This document shows, piece by piece, positions 32,623-42,079 of a stretch of 64,000 bases of DNA. Position 1 is the stretch's first letter. Every line of letters begins with the position of its first letter. The translations under genes were made by a program, and so were the position numbers. This DNA comes from Armatimonadota bacterium (GTDB lineage Bacteria > Armatimonadota > SYMT01), in contig JAWLHY010000003.1 of assembly GCA_041690135.1 (NCBI GenBank), positions 256,001 to 320,000 on the forward strand, in the 5' to 3' direction. The notes under the pieces are model-generated. The model was given only the letters and a program-made list of their open reading frames with translations. It was not told the origin of the DNA and did not search any database.

Positions 32623-34778
32623 CTCAAGTTCAATCCTATAGCGGCGGGAAAGTAGGGCTCTCCTCTCGTGCCTTTCAGGGGTGGCTGCTCGTCCTGGTGC
32701 TCCTGAACCTCCTCGTGCGCTTGCCGCTGTGCGCGGAGCCGGCCACCGTCACGCCCGACGGCGCGGAGTACCTGGCACTCGCTCGCTCGCTTCGCGAAGA
32801 GGGCCGCTACGCCACCGACCTGAAGTGGCAGTTCTTCACCAACGACCCGGTCCGGCACCCGGCCTGGGTCGATCGCCCGCCGCTCTACCCGCTCTACGCT
32901 GTGCTCTGTGCCCGGGCGGTGCCGTTCCTGGACCCCACCACCGCGGCCCGCGTGGGGAACGTCCTGCTCGCCTGCGTGGCCCTGGTCCTGGGGACGCTGT
33001 ACCTGCGGCGGCTCTTCGGCCCGCTCCCGGCACTGCTGGCCGCGGGTTATGTCTTCCTGCTGCCGCACACCCTCTACTGGACCACCCAACCCCTCACCGA
33101 GGCCCTCACCCTGGTGCTCTGCCTCGCGGCGCTGCTCCTCTGGGACCACGCCCGCGAAACCCCCAGGGGTCCCGCCCACGCGCGCCTGCTTCTCGCCGCC
33201 GGCGCCGCCTGTGGCCTCGCTTACCTCACCCGGCCCACGGGACTCCTCCTGGTCTTCGCACTATTGCTGGATGCGTGCCTCAAAGGGAGCGCCACGAACC
33301 GGGAAGATAATGATAAGGACCGGGAGGATAAAGATAAGGATAATGAGGAGCGCGACCCGGGATGCTTCGGTGTACGGGGTCCTTCGAGGAGCGGCGAGGA
33401 TTGTCCGTCCTCGCCGGTTCCCGCTGGGCGAGTGAACTCGCGCCTACACAAAGCCAAGCCCGCTTCCTCAGGCTCCGAGATCACCACTACTGCCTCCAAC
33501 TCTCCTGGTCCTAATCCTAGTCCTCATCCTCATCGATCCGGCGATGGATTCACCGCACCCCGTCCCGCCCTTCGTCCTCCTTATCCTTATCCTTATCTAC
33601 ACGGTCCTTATCCTCAAGCTCTTTATCTGATAGGGGCTTTCCTCCTCATCGCCCTCCCATACCACCTGCTCCTGTGGCACCACGCGGGCTCGCCGTTCGC
33701 CAGCGCGCTGGGGTTCACGTATCGCATTCGGACCATCCACGACGTAACGGTCCTGGGCTTCGAGCGGGCGGTCCCGTCGCTTCTCCACTTCCTGCAACTG
33801 CACGGCGCAGAGCTACCGGGCCTCCTGCTCCGGCAGGCGGCGAGCCACGCCCAGGGGATCCTGCTGCCGCTGCTGGGACTGCTGCCGTTCGCCCTCGGCC
33901 TGCGCCGCGCGGACCTCTCCGGTCCCCGCCGTGCGCCGTTCCTGGTGGTGGTACTGCTGGTCGTAACCCACACCCTCACCTGGTCCGCGAAGGGCTCCTC
34001 CCGCTACTTCCTCCTCTGCCTCCTCCTGCTGGCGGGCCTGCTTCTATACGTGGGACTGCGGGGGGTGGGTAGGAGCGCGGGCGTCTCGCCCGCCAGAGGA
34101 AGTGGAGGCGTAGAGTGGGGCAGGCGTCTCGCCCGCCCAGGCACCGGTCACGATTACGAACAGGATCACGAACTGGGAGCCGCTGCATCCCCTGGCTCCG
34201 GCCGTCCCTCTCCTACACCTACTCTTATTCGGTCCAGATGTTCCCGCTCCACCTTCCGACTTCCGCCCACTGCCCACTGCCCACTGCCCACTGCCCACTG
34301 CCTTCTCCTAACGGCTTCCGCCCTCGGCCTTGCCTTCGAACTCACCCGGTTCTACAGCGCGCAGATCGGTTCCGGTCGGGGCGTGCCGGAGCACCACGCC
34401 TGGAAGGCCGCGGCCGCGCAGGCCCAGGGAGCACGGCTGATCGCCTCGGATAACCCGTGGATCCTCAATCTCCTCACCGAACGTCCGGCGGTAATGCTGC
34501 CCCGGACCACCGATCCCGAGAAGCTGGAACGCTTTATCCGGGAGTACCAACCGGACGTGCTGGTTCTCTTCCCCAACGAGGAGGCGGAGCGCCCAATGGC
34601 CGCTGCCTGGCGGGCCGGGCGACTGCCTACCGGCTGGCGCCTCATCCAAGAAAGCGACGCTTACCTGGTGCTCCACTATGACGGTGCCCACCCCAGAAGA
34701 CGGTGGCCGGCAATCCGGATGAACGGCAGCTTCCTAAAAGCGTCCAAAAAAATGAGGGGAACTCTCGACAAACTTTAG
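32616..34778 (+). CDS. GT-C fold membrane glycosyltransferase (ArnT/PMT-like) with two in-frame repeat-derived insertions
   Basis: TPDGAEYLALARSL, RPPLYP, LTEAL, GLAYLTRP, SRYFL and many TM segments. Start uncertain (GTG 32616 overlaps the divergent gene start). Confidence 0.7.
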   Translation: MPSQVQSYSGGKVGLSSRAFQGWLLVLVLLNLLVRLPLCAEPATVTPDGAEYLALARSLREEGRYATDLKWQFFTNDPVRHPAWVDRPPLYPLYAVLCARAVPFLDPTTAARVGNVLLACVALVLGTLYLRRLFGPLPALLAAGYVFLLPHTLYWTTQPLTEALTLVLCLAALLLWDHARETPRGPAHARLLLAAGAACGLAYLTRPTGLLLVFALLLDACLKGSATNREDNDKDREDKDKDNEERDPGCFGVRGPSRSGEDCPSSPVPAGRVNSRLHKAKPASSGSEITTTASNSPGPNPSPHPHRSGDGFTAPRPALRPPYPYPYLHGPYPQALYLIGAFLLIALPYHLLLWHHAGSPFASALGFTYRIRTIHDVTVLGFERAVPSLLHFLQLHGAELPGLLLRQAASHAQGILLPLLGLLPFALGLRRADLSGPRRAPFLVVVLLVVTHTLTWSAKGSSRYFLLCLLLLAGLLLYVGLRGVGRSAGVSPARGSGGVEWGRRLARPGTGHDYEQDHELGAAASPGSGRPSPTPTLIRSRCSRSTFRLPPTAHCPLPTAHCLLLTASALGLAFELTRFYSAQIGSGRGVPEHHAWKAAAAQAQGARLIASDNPWILNLLTERPAVMLPRTTDPEKLERFIREYQPDVLVLFPNEEAERPMAAAWRAGRLPTGWRLIQESDAYLVLHYDGAHPRRRWPAIRMNGSFLKASKKMRGTLDKL

Positions 34779-34928
34779 AGGAAACCGCTGAGCTTGGACA
34801 GAATTCCCTAAGCAACCGCCGGAGAGTGTTCCGGCGCTCCAACATTCAACAGGCCCGGCCGGTGGACAAACCCCGGTTCGGCCTCTTCCCGGAAGGCCAG
34901 GCGCGCTGCTGCGCCTTCGGAGAGTGCT

Positions 34929-35627
34929 ATGCGCAGGCGAGGCTTTACTCTAATCGAACTGCTAGTTGTCATCGCTATCATAGCCATTCTGGCTGCCATC
35001 CTCTTTCCGGTGTTTGCCCGCGCGCGCGAGGCTGGGCGTGCCGCGTCCTGCAAGAGTAATCTCAAGCAGATCGGAAACGCATTCATTATGTACAGCCAGG
35101 ATTTCGACGAGACGGGCGTCCTCGGCTCGGGCAACAACTACGGCACCTTGACGTGTGCCAACGGCGTGGTGTGTGAAGGGTGGGAACCCCGGCTGCAGCC
35201 GTACATCAAAAACTGGAATGTGTTCCGCTGCCCTTCCCGCTCCGATACCAGTGCCTTCGGCAACAACATCGGCGCCCGCTGCCGGAGTTCCTACGGCTTC
35301 AATCTGAACTACTGGAACAACTCGCGGGCGAACTCCTGGTCAGCTGGGGTGAACGACTCTGTGTGGGCTTTCCCGGCCGACACAGTACAGGCGGCGGAAA
35401 TCGTGCCGGGCGCCGACGACTACATCGGCGTGTGGGACACGAACGCCAACACGATCACCACGAACAACCAGTGGGACACCCCGATCAACATGATCACCAC
35501 GATGCCCGGTAGCCGTCTGAACGAAGTTCACAGCGAAACGGCTAACGTCCTGTTTAAGGACGGCCACGTGAAGGCGATGAAGAAGTCCCAGATGCGGATG
35601 CGTCAGTTCGTGATCGAAGGGAAGTAG
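34929..35627 (+). CDS. DUF1559-type prepilin/H-X9-DG protein, copy A
   Basis: [30 protein letters not shown]...CPS...[15 protein letters not shown]. Confidence 0.92.
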   Translation: MRRRGFTLIELLVVIAIIAILAAILFPVFARAREAGRAASCKSNLKQIGNAFIMYSQDFDETGVLGSGNNYGTLTCANGVVCEGWEPRLQPYIKNWNVFRCPSRSDTSAFGNNIGARCRSSYGFNLNYWNNSRANSWSAGVNDSVWAFPADTVQAAEIVPGADDYIGVWDTNANTITTNNQWDTPINMITTMPGSRLNEVHSETANVLFKDGHVKAMKKSQMRMRQFVIEGK

Positions 35628-35662
35628 ATTTTCCACCACCGGTCTTGGGCTCGAACCCAAAG

Positions 35663-36844
35663 TCAGGGGGAGCCTTCTGGCGCGGCGGCTGGCTGGAGTG
35701 ATTCCAGCAGCTGTCGCGCCTTCTCATTTTTGGGATCCTGCTCCAGGGCGGATTGGACCAGGTTGGTCGCGATCCGGCGAGCGCCGAGGTCGCGCGACAA
35801 TTCCGCCGTCTCAAGCAATAACGGAATGCTGTTGGGGGCCCGCAGCAGTTCCCTGCGGGCCTCTCTCCAGCGTCGTTCTTTCGCCTGCAGCATGCGGACC
35901 TCGTCCCACAGCTTCGTCGCCGCCGGATCGCGCATCTGTCGGAGGACTGTGGCCAGGTGGAAGAGGATCGTGGCCGAGTACGGGTTCAATTTCCGCGCTC
36001 GTTCGAAATGATGGCGCGCTTTCGGCCAGTGGCGATGGCGTTCGTAGAGGAGGCCTAACTCGGCATGGGCGTCGTACCGCTCGGGCGCCTCGGCCAGGAC
36101 GGCCTCCAGGTGTCCGGCCGCTGTGCGTATGCCGGCAGGGTCACGGGCACGCCGGCTCAGGATATAGCCCTGCAGGTAATGGGTTTCAAGGTCGGCTGGG
36201 TGGCGCGCCAGATACTCCCCGACGGTTCCTTCTGCCGCTTTCAGATCTCCCGACTGCGCCTGAACCTTAGCGAGTTCAAGCTGGATAGCGTCGTTTCCGG
36301 AGAGCCGATGCGCCTCGCGATAGTGTTTCAGGGTATCAGCCAGGCTGCCGCGATGGGTTCTAGCGTAGAGTAGGTGACCTCGCGCGCACTGGGGCTCCTT
36401 CTTCACCGCCGCCGCCGCCCACTCCTCGGCGCCGATGCGGTCTTCCATCAGGCCATATGCCTCGGCGAGACGGCAGGTCAGGTGCTCCGCGTTCGGAACG
36501 GTGGAGGCGGCTTTCCGCAGGACCAGAACGGCCGCTTCCGGCTGGTCCGCTTCCTGGAGACCCTGGGCCAGCCGGAAATAAGGCTCGGGCCACCAGGGGG
36601 CGCTGATGGTCGCCGATTGCCACTCCGCCAGAGCCGGTTCGATCTGCCCCGAATTGTATAGCTCTTGTCCGGTGCGGTAGTGTTGCCTGGCGGGCGCGTG
36701 CAACCGGTCATCCCAGAAACGTGCCACTCCCCAACCGGCAAGACTGATGCCGCAAATCGTCGACAGGTACAGCAGAACCCGCCGACGCGACAGAGGAGAT
36801 TGCCGCACCGGCCGGACTTGAGTGGGAGTGGTATCCTCGGACAT
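35663..36844 (-). CDS. Membrane-anchored TPR protein
   Basis: N-terminal TM segment followed by multiple TPR helices (THYLQGYIL, AHAELGLLYE, ARKLNP). Confidence 0.85.
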   Translation of the reverse strand: MSEDTTPTQVRPVRQSPLSRRRVLLYLSTICGISLAGWGVARFWDDRLHAPARQHYRTGQELYNSGQIEPALAEWQSATISAPWWPEPYFRLAQGLQEADQPEAAVLVLRKAASTVPNAEHLTCRLAEAYGLMEDRIGAEEWAAAAVKKEPQCARGHLLYARTHRGSLADTLKHYREAHRLSGNDAIQLELAKVQAQSGDLKAAEGTVGEYLARHPADLETHYLQGYILSRRARDPAGIRTAAGHLEAVLAEAPERYDAHAELGLLYERHRHWPKARHHFERARKLNPYSATILFHLATVLRQMRDPAATKLWDEVRMLQAKERRWREARRELLRAPNSIPLLLETAELSRDLGARRIATNLVQSALEQDPKNEKARQLLESLQPAAAPEGSP

Positions 36845-36869
36845 ACGTCTCCTGATTCTTATTCAGAAT

Positions 36870-38600
36870 CTACCGGGGAGAACTATCCCCCTCGGTCCAT
36901 CGCCAGATCCGGTCAACTGCAAGCTGCCTGGCTCTTGCTACCCGCCCGCCGGGCCAATGCACCTCGACCGTGCGAGCCACCGTTGCTTCACCCAGGCCAA
37001 AATACACACGAGTATCGCTGGAAGAGCAGAAGCTGGAGCCAGCCCGGACCCGGCCGGCCAACTTCCCTTTTTCTGTTTGCAAGATAATACGCGCGTGCCG
37101 CGCGTCTCGGTTGCTCGTTTCACCCTGAAGCTCAAAAGCGATCCAGTGTCGACGGTTTCCTGACGCATTCCGCAGCAGTTGGGGGGCCCCGTCGCGATTA
37201 TTGACCAGGAGGTCCGGCCGGCCATCGTTGTCGAAATCGCCCACCGCCAGCCCGCGCGCCACGGTGGGCACGGCCAGGGCGCCCAGTGCCTCTGCTACCG
37301 GGGTAAAGGTCCCATCTCCCTGGTTGTGGTAGAGCGACTTCGGTTGAGCATACGTTAGACCGGGCACCAGATGGGCAATCTCTTCTTGAATGTGGCCGTT
37401 CGCGACCACCAGGTCCTGGTCCCCATCCAGATCATAATCCACGAACTCGCAACCCCAACTGAGATGGGGATTGCTCGGTTCGGCCAAGCCCGATGACACC
37501 GAAGCATTCTCGAAGAGGCCACCTTCCGCATTTCGAAAAAGGGAGTTGGGTTGATGGGAGAAGTTTGTGATGTGGAGATCGTCCCGTCCGTCGTTATCGT
37601 AGTCGGCGACCGCTACTCCCATTCCGGAGAGAGGTTGGCCCATCTCTCCCAGGGCGACGTTGGCATCCAATGCGACTTCTTCAAACTTTCCTTTCCCGGT
37701 GTTGTGAAACAAGAAGTTTGGTGTGAGGTCGCAAGCGATGAATAGATCCTGCCAGCCATCGCGGTCATAGTCGAGCCAGGCGACGCCCATCGCACGGCCG
37801 GAGGCCGCCGCGATACCGGAACGGCGAGAAACATCCGTGAACCGGCCGTTTCCCTCGTTTCGGTACAGGCGCGAGCGATCGCCGGAATACTTCTCGGGAT
37901 TGCAGTAGCCGCGCTGCCCCAGTGCATTGAGGCACGGCTCATCCAATTCGGGACTCCACACCACATAATGGGTCACGCAGAGGTCAAGATCACCATCCCG
38001 GTCGTAATCTCCCCAGGCTGCGCTGAGAGAGTAACGCTTCCCTTCGTCCAGATCAGCAACTCCGGCGGGGGCCGATACATCCACGAAGCGACCCGAGCCG
38101 CCTTCATTGTGGAAAAGGCGGTTGCCTCCATAGGCCGTAATGTAAAGATCCGGAAAGCCATCGTTGTCGTAGTCGCCGACCGCTACCCCCTGGCTGTATC
38201 CGGTGTGTGTGAGACCCGAGGCAGGAGTCACGTTCTCAAACTGCCCCTTCACATTACGGTAAAGCCCATTGGCTGCCGGGGGCCCGTCGAGCGATCCGGT
38301 GTTGAGAAGTAATATGTCCAGCCAGCCATCCCGGTCGAAATCGAAGAAGGCGCACCCGCTTCCGGTGATCTCCGCAAAGCGGTGTTCGGGTGTCGCCCCA
38401 CTAGTGTGGGTGAACTCGATGCCCATTTGCCGGGTCACCTCGACGAAGAGGTCCGGTTGAGACGTAATTGCAGAAGCGCTCCCTTTTGCCTCAACCCCAG
38501 CGGGGCGGGTGGGCCGGTCTTCGCAGCCTTCAACCGAGAGGTGGCTCAGAACCAGCACCACCCCGGCCAGCCAGCGGCGTACGAGCTTTGAATTCCTCAC
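36870..38600 (-). CDS. CRTAC1 family protein (FG-GAP repeats + ASPIC/UnbV)
   Basis: GSGCAFFDFDRDGWLDI, GMGVAVADYDNDG, RGLAVGDFDNDG, SSSDTRVYFGLG, VHWPGG. GTG start overlaps the upstream stop. Confidence 0.9.
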   Translation of the reverse strand: MRNSKLVRRWLAGVVLVLSHLSVEGCEDRPTRPAGVEAKGSASAITSQPDLFVEVTRQMGIEFTHTSGATPEHRFAEITGSGCAFFDFDRDGWLDILLLNTGSLDGPPAANGLYRNVKGQFENVTPASGLTHTGYSQGVAVGDYDNDGFPDLYITAYGGNRLFHNEGGSGRFVDVSAPAGVADLDEGKRYSLSAAWGDYDRDGDLDLCVTHYVVWSPELDEPCLNALGQRGYCNPEKYSGDRSRLYRNEGNGRFTDVSRRSGIAAASGRAMGVAWLDYDRDGWQDLFIACDLTPNFLFHNTGKGKFEEVALDANVALGEMGQPLSGMGVAVADYDNDGRDDLHITNFSHQPNSLFRNAEGGLFENASVSSGLAEPSNPHLSWGCEFVDYDLDGDQDLVVANGHIQEEIAHLVPGLTYAQPKSLYHNQGDGTFTPVAEALGALAVPTVARGLAVGDFDNDGRPDLLVNNRDGAPQLLRNASGNRRHWIAFELQGETSNRDARHARIILQTEKGKLAGRVRAGSSFCSSSDTRVYFGLGEATVARTVEVHWPGGRVARARQLAVDRIWRWTEGDSSPR

Positions 38601-40321
38601 TGCGGGTTCTCCGTCTTGGCTGGAGCGCGCGAAGCTGGCTCGCCGGACATCTCTTCGATGCGTAGGATCTGGTCGACGGGAACTCCGAATAGCTCCTGTC
38701 GTCTTCCGGACGGCCATCGGATCACCAGCTCGTCAAGTCGTTCCACCTTTCCCAGGCCCAGATGAATGCGGGGATCGCTGGAGGAAAGGTAACTGGAGGT
38801 AGGGGATACCTGAGCCACCCACACACGGTCGCCCGCACGGGCTTTGAGGCGGGCGCCGTAAGCGAACCGGTTGCTACCTTTGGCCCGGAGGTCGAGTTTC
38901 AGCCAATGGTTCGTCGCCGTCGACCTGTTGTGGAGGAGACGCAAACGACTTCCGTAATCCACCACGAGCAGATCGACCCGCCCGTCGTTATCGTAGTCAC
39001 CCGAAGCCAGCCCTCGCCCGAGAATCGGCGTAGTCAGGTCGCCGCCCAGTTCCGGTACGAGATCCCGAAACCCGGCCCCACCTTCGTTGTGGAAGAGCAT
39101 GAGTGGCTGGCGGAACGCGGTGCCCGGATAGATCTCCGGCGCTCGGTCGTAGACGTGTCCATTGGCGATCGCCACGTCCGGCCAAGCATCGTTATCCATG
39201 TCGATCCACTTTGCGCCGAACCCGAGCGGGGTACGAGTCGGCTCCTCCAATCCGGTGCTGGCCGCCGCGTGCTCGAACACCCCATGCGCCTGGCCTCGCA
39301 GGAGTGAGTAAGGTTCACCCGAGAACGCCGTTACAATCAGGTCGATGCGTCCGTCGCGGTCGAAATCGTCGAAATCGGCCGCCATCGCCGCCACCGCACT
39401 CCCATCGGACCCATAGGCCACGCCACATTCCGTTCCGGTGTTGCGGAAGCGGAAACTACCTTCGTTAACGAAAAGGTCCGCAGGCACCCCGTCGTTTCCG
39501 ATATAGAGGTCCGGATCTCCGTCGTCGTCCACATCTGCAAATGCCAGTACCTGGGCTGTTCCGGTTGCTTCGCTCATCCCCGCTTCCGAGCTGACGTCTC
39601 GAAAGCGCCCGTCTCCCATATTGCGCCAGGTCTCCGGAAACTGGGGGAGATAGTACCGCGGCGGACACCCTGCCTGTATTCCGGCCTTAGGTTCGCAGTA
39701 CTTCCGCTCGCGCGGACCGAACCGGACATAATTGAGCAAGACGAGGTCGAGCGCTCCGTCGGCATCCAGGTCCATGAAGCCGGCGCCGGCCGACCAGCGA
39801 TCGGCCGCGTTGAATCCAGCCTGTCTCGTCACGTTCGCCCATTTCCCCTTCCCGGTGTTCCGCAGCAGTGCGAGACAGTGGTGCCCGGTGAGGAACAGGT
39901 CCAGGCAGCCATCGGCATCGTAGTCCCCCACCGCGCAGCCCTTCCAGGCCCCTTTCAGCCGGTCGAGACCGCATTCGACGGTGACCTCCACAAAGCGTCT
40001 TCCCTGCAGATTACGGTAGAGCCGCGGATAGGGCTCGGTGACCAACAGGATGTCCTGCCAACCATCATCATCGTAGTCGAAGAACGCGCAACCACATCCG
40101 AAAGCGTCCAGGATGGACAGGGGGGAGGGCAATCGGGGCCAGGTGTAAGCCAGCCCCATCGGTGCAGAGACTTCCGCGAAGCCAACGCTGCAGATCGGCG
40201 CTTCGGCCGGAGACTGCTCGGCATCAGGCCGGCAACCGAGTAGGGAAGCAAGACATGTCGCTACCCCGAGCATAACCTGCCACCGGAGGGGAACCCTGGC
40301 TTGAAGAAGGAATGTGCTCAC
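38597..40321 (-). CDS. CRTAC1 family lipoprotein (FG-GAP repeats + ASPIC/UnbV)
   Basis: Lipobox LLGC, GCGCAFFDYDDDGWQDI, RGLASGDYDNDG, SYLSSSDPRIHLGLG, IRWPSG. Confidence 0.9.
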   Translation of the reverse strand: MSTFLLQARVPLRWQVMLGVATCLASLLGCRPDAEQSPAEAPICSVGFAEVSAPMGLAYTWPRLPSPLSILDAFGCGCAFFDYDDDGWQDILLVTEPYPRLYRNLQGRRFVEVTVECGLDRLKGAWKGCAVGDYDADGCLDLFLTGHHCLALLRNTGKGKWANVTRQAGFNAADRWSAGAGFMDLDADGALDLVLLNYVRFGPRERKYCEPKAGIQAGCPPRYYLPQFPETWRNMGDGRFRDVSSEAGMSEATGTAQVLAFADVDDDGDPDLYIGNDGVPADLFVNEGSFRFRNTGTECGVAYGSDGSAVAAMAADFDDFDRDGRIDLIVTAFSGEPYSLLRGQAHGVFEHAAASTGLEEPTRTPLGFGAKWIDMDNDAWPDVAIANGHVYDRAPEIYPGTAFRQPLMLFHNEGGAGFRDLVPELGGDLTTPILGRGLASGDYDNDGRVDLLVVDYGSRLRLLHNRSTATNHWLKLDLRAKGSNRFAYGARLKARAGDRVWVAQVSPTSSYLSSSDPRIHLGLGKVERLDELVIRWPSGRRQELFGVPVDQILRIEEMSGEPASRAPAKTENPQ

Positions 40322-40591
40322 CAGGTACTCGACACGACGCTGACGTCATCTAACCGCCCGGAAAGTTGATGCGGGCCGTTCCGGGAGATCACGGGACTAT
40401 CGGATTCGTTTCGTCAGCAGCGTTTGATATCCTTCGTGGAATCTCTCGCGGTTCCCACCTGTCCTGCCCCTTCAGGGCAGCGAGCCGCGAACGACATGGT
40501 CTGTGCATGGAGGAAGGGTCTCTGCGGATAGCGAAAGGTGGCGAAAGCGTTGGGGGACAACCACGCGCTTCTTGGCCAGGAAACAATATCT

Positions 40592-40846
40592 ATGCAAATC
40601 CAGCAACCCGATCTCATTCGTACCCGGTCTCGTGCGCCACGCTTGTTCTTGGCGCTCATCATGTCGTGCGTGTTCTCTGCGGCTCTCGTTGGCTGTGGCG
40701 GGGATGGAGCACCTTCGTCAGGTGAAGTTGTGAATGATCCGGCTGCGGCGGCGAACTTTCCGGGTGGAGGCGGCGGGGCCCCGAACTCCGGCGCCCCTGC
40801 TTCCTCGGCGCCCAATGACGCGGCAGCAGCGGCTAACAACCCCTAA
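40592..40846 (+). CDS. Small Gly/Ala/Pro-rich lipoprotein
   Basis: Lipobox ALVGC followed by a low-complexity tail; lies upstream of DUF1559 copy B. Confidence 0.6.
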   Translation: MQIQQPDLIRTRSRAPRLFLALIMSCVFSAALVGCGGDGAPSSGEVVNDPAAAANFPGGGGGAPNSGAPASSAPNDAAAAANNP

Positions 40847-41186
40847 CGCTTGGGGCAGGGAACCCACTGCTCCATCCGCCGCAGGCGCGGATGGAGCACT
40901 CGAGTGGCGGCAGCGAGTTGAGCGGACCCGGTTAGCAACTGGGTCCGCTCAACGTCTGTCAGGCTCATCTGCTGTCGGCGTGGACCGGTCGTCAACAAAC
41001 TTCTAATCCTTTTCTTGAGACCTGCCCATCTCATCACACATGTGGGAAGAGTTTGGCGCTAGTGCTGTCCAAACCTTGCGAAAGGATCGCGACCACCTCT
41101 CCTTCGTGCAACGAATGGGGGAGCGCGTCGTGTCCACTCGCACTCCCGGGGGTAGAGAATATCCCCGTCCACTCCTGGAGACAAGC

Positions 41187-41885
41187 ATGCAAAGGAAAGG
41201 CTTCACCCTTATTGAGCTACTTGTAGTCATAGCCATTATTGCAATACTGGCAGCCATCCTCTTTCCGGTGTTTGCTCGAGCCCGTGAGGCCGGGCGCGCC
41301 ACCTCGTGCAAGAGCAACCTGAAACAGATCGGCACTGCGTTTATCATGTACAGCCAGGACTATGACGAGACCGGCGTGCTGGGATCGAGCAACAACTACG
41401 GTACGTTGCGGTGCGCCAATGGTGCGGTGTGCGAAGGTTGGGAACCCCGGCTGCAGCCCTACATCAAGAACTGGAACGTGTTCCGCTGCCCTTCACGCTC
41501 CGACTCCAGTGCCTTCGGCAACAACATCGGCGCCCGCTGCCGGAGTTCCTATGGCTTCAATCTGAACTACTGGAGAAATCGGCGAGCGAATTCCTGGTCA
41601 GCCGGGGTGAACGACTCCCTTTGGGCGTTCCCGGCCGACACGGTTCAGGCCGCAGAGATCATCCCGGGCGCGGACGACTACATTGGCGTGTGGGACACCG
41701 ACGCCAATACCATTACCTCGAACAACCAGTGGGATACGCCGATCAGTGCCATCACGACGATGCCGGGAAGCCGCCTCAACCAGGTCCATAGTGAAACCGC
41801 CAACGTGTTATTCAAGGACGGCCACGTCAAGGCGATGAAAAAGACCCAACTCCGCATGCGGCAGTTCGTCATCGAAGGGAGGTAG
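41187..41885 (+). CDS. DUF1559-type prepilin/H-X9-DG protein, copy B
   Basis: Same length as copy A (232 aa) with 21 aa differences by manual count. ATG 41187 with GGAGA SD. Confidence 0.92.
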   Translation: MQRKGFTLIELLVVIAIIAILAAILFPVFARAREAGRATSCKSNLKQIGTAFIMYSQDYDETGVLGSSNNYGTLRCANGAVCEGWEPRLQPYIKNWNVFRCPSRSDSSAFGNNIGARCRSSYGFNLNYWRNRRANSWSAGVNDSLWAFPADTVQAAEIIPGADDYIGVWDTDANTITSNNQWDTPISAITTMPGSRLNQVHSETANVLFKDGHVKAMKKTQLRMRQFVIEGR

Positions 41886-41978
41886 GCTGGTAAAGCAGCA
41901 CACAGCGAGTTTCAAGCGTCAACCTGGTCGGCGAATGGCCTCGTTTGCGGTGGAACCAGAGCCGACTTCCCATGTAAA

Positions 41979-42020
41979 AGAAGGGGTGGGCCGGATTGCT
42001 TCCGGCCCACCCCTTCTGTT
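41979..42020. terminator. Likely bidirectional intrinsic terminator
   Basis: AGAAGGGGTGGGCCGGA-TTGCT-TCCGGCCCACCCCTTCT (17-bp stem) between convergent genes. Confidence 0.8.
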
Positions 42021-42079
42021 GTTGCTTCTTTCGATGTGGGTTCGTGGCAACTACTACCACTCACCACTCACCAAGGCCA

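Noticed and set aside
34929-41885. DUF1559 copies as a diversity-generating retroelement TR/VR pair
   Set aside because: Differences are mostly synonymous third-position changes involving all bases, not adenine-specific; both copies are full ORFs and there is no reverse transcriptase.
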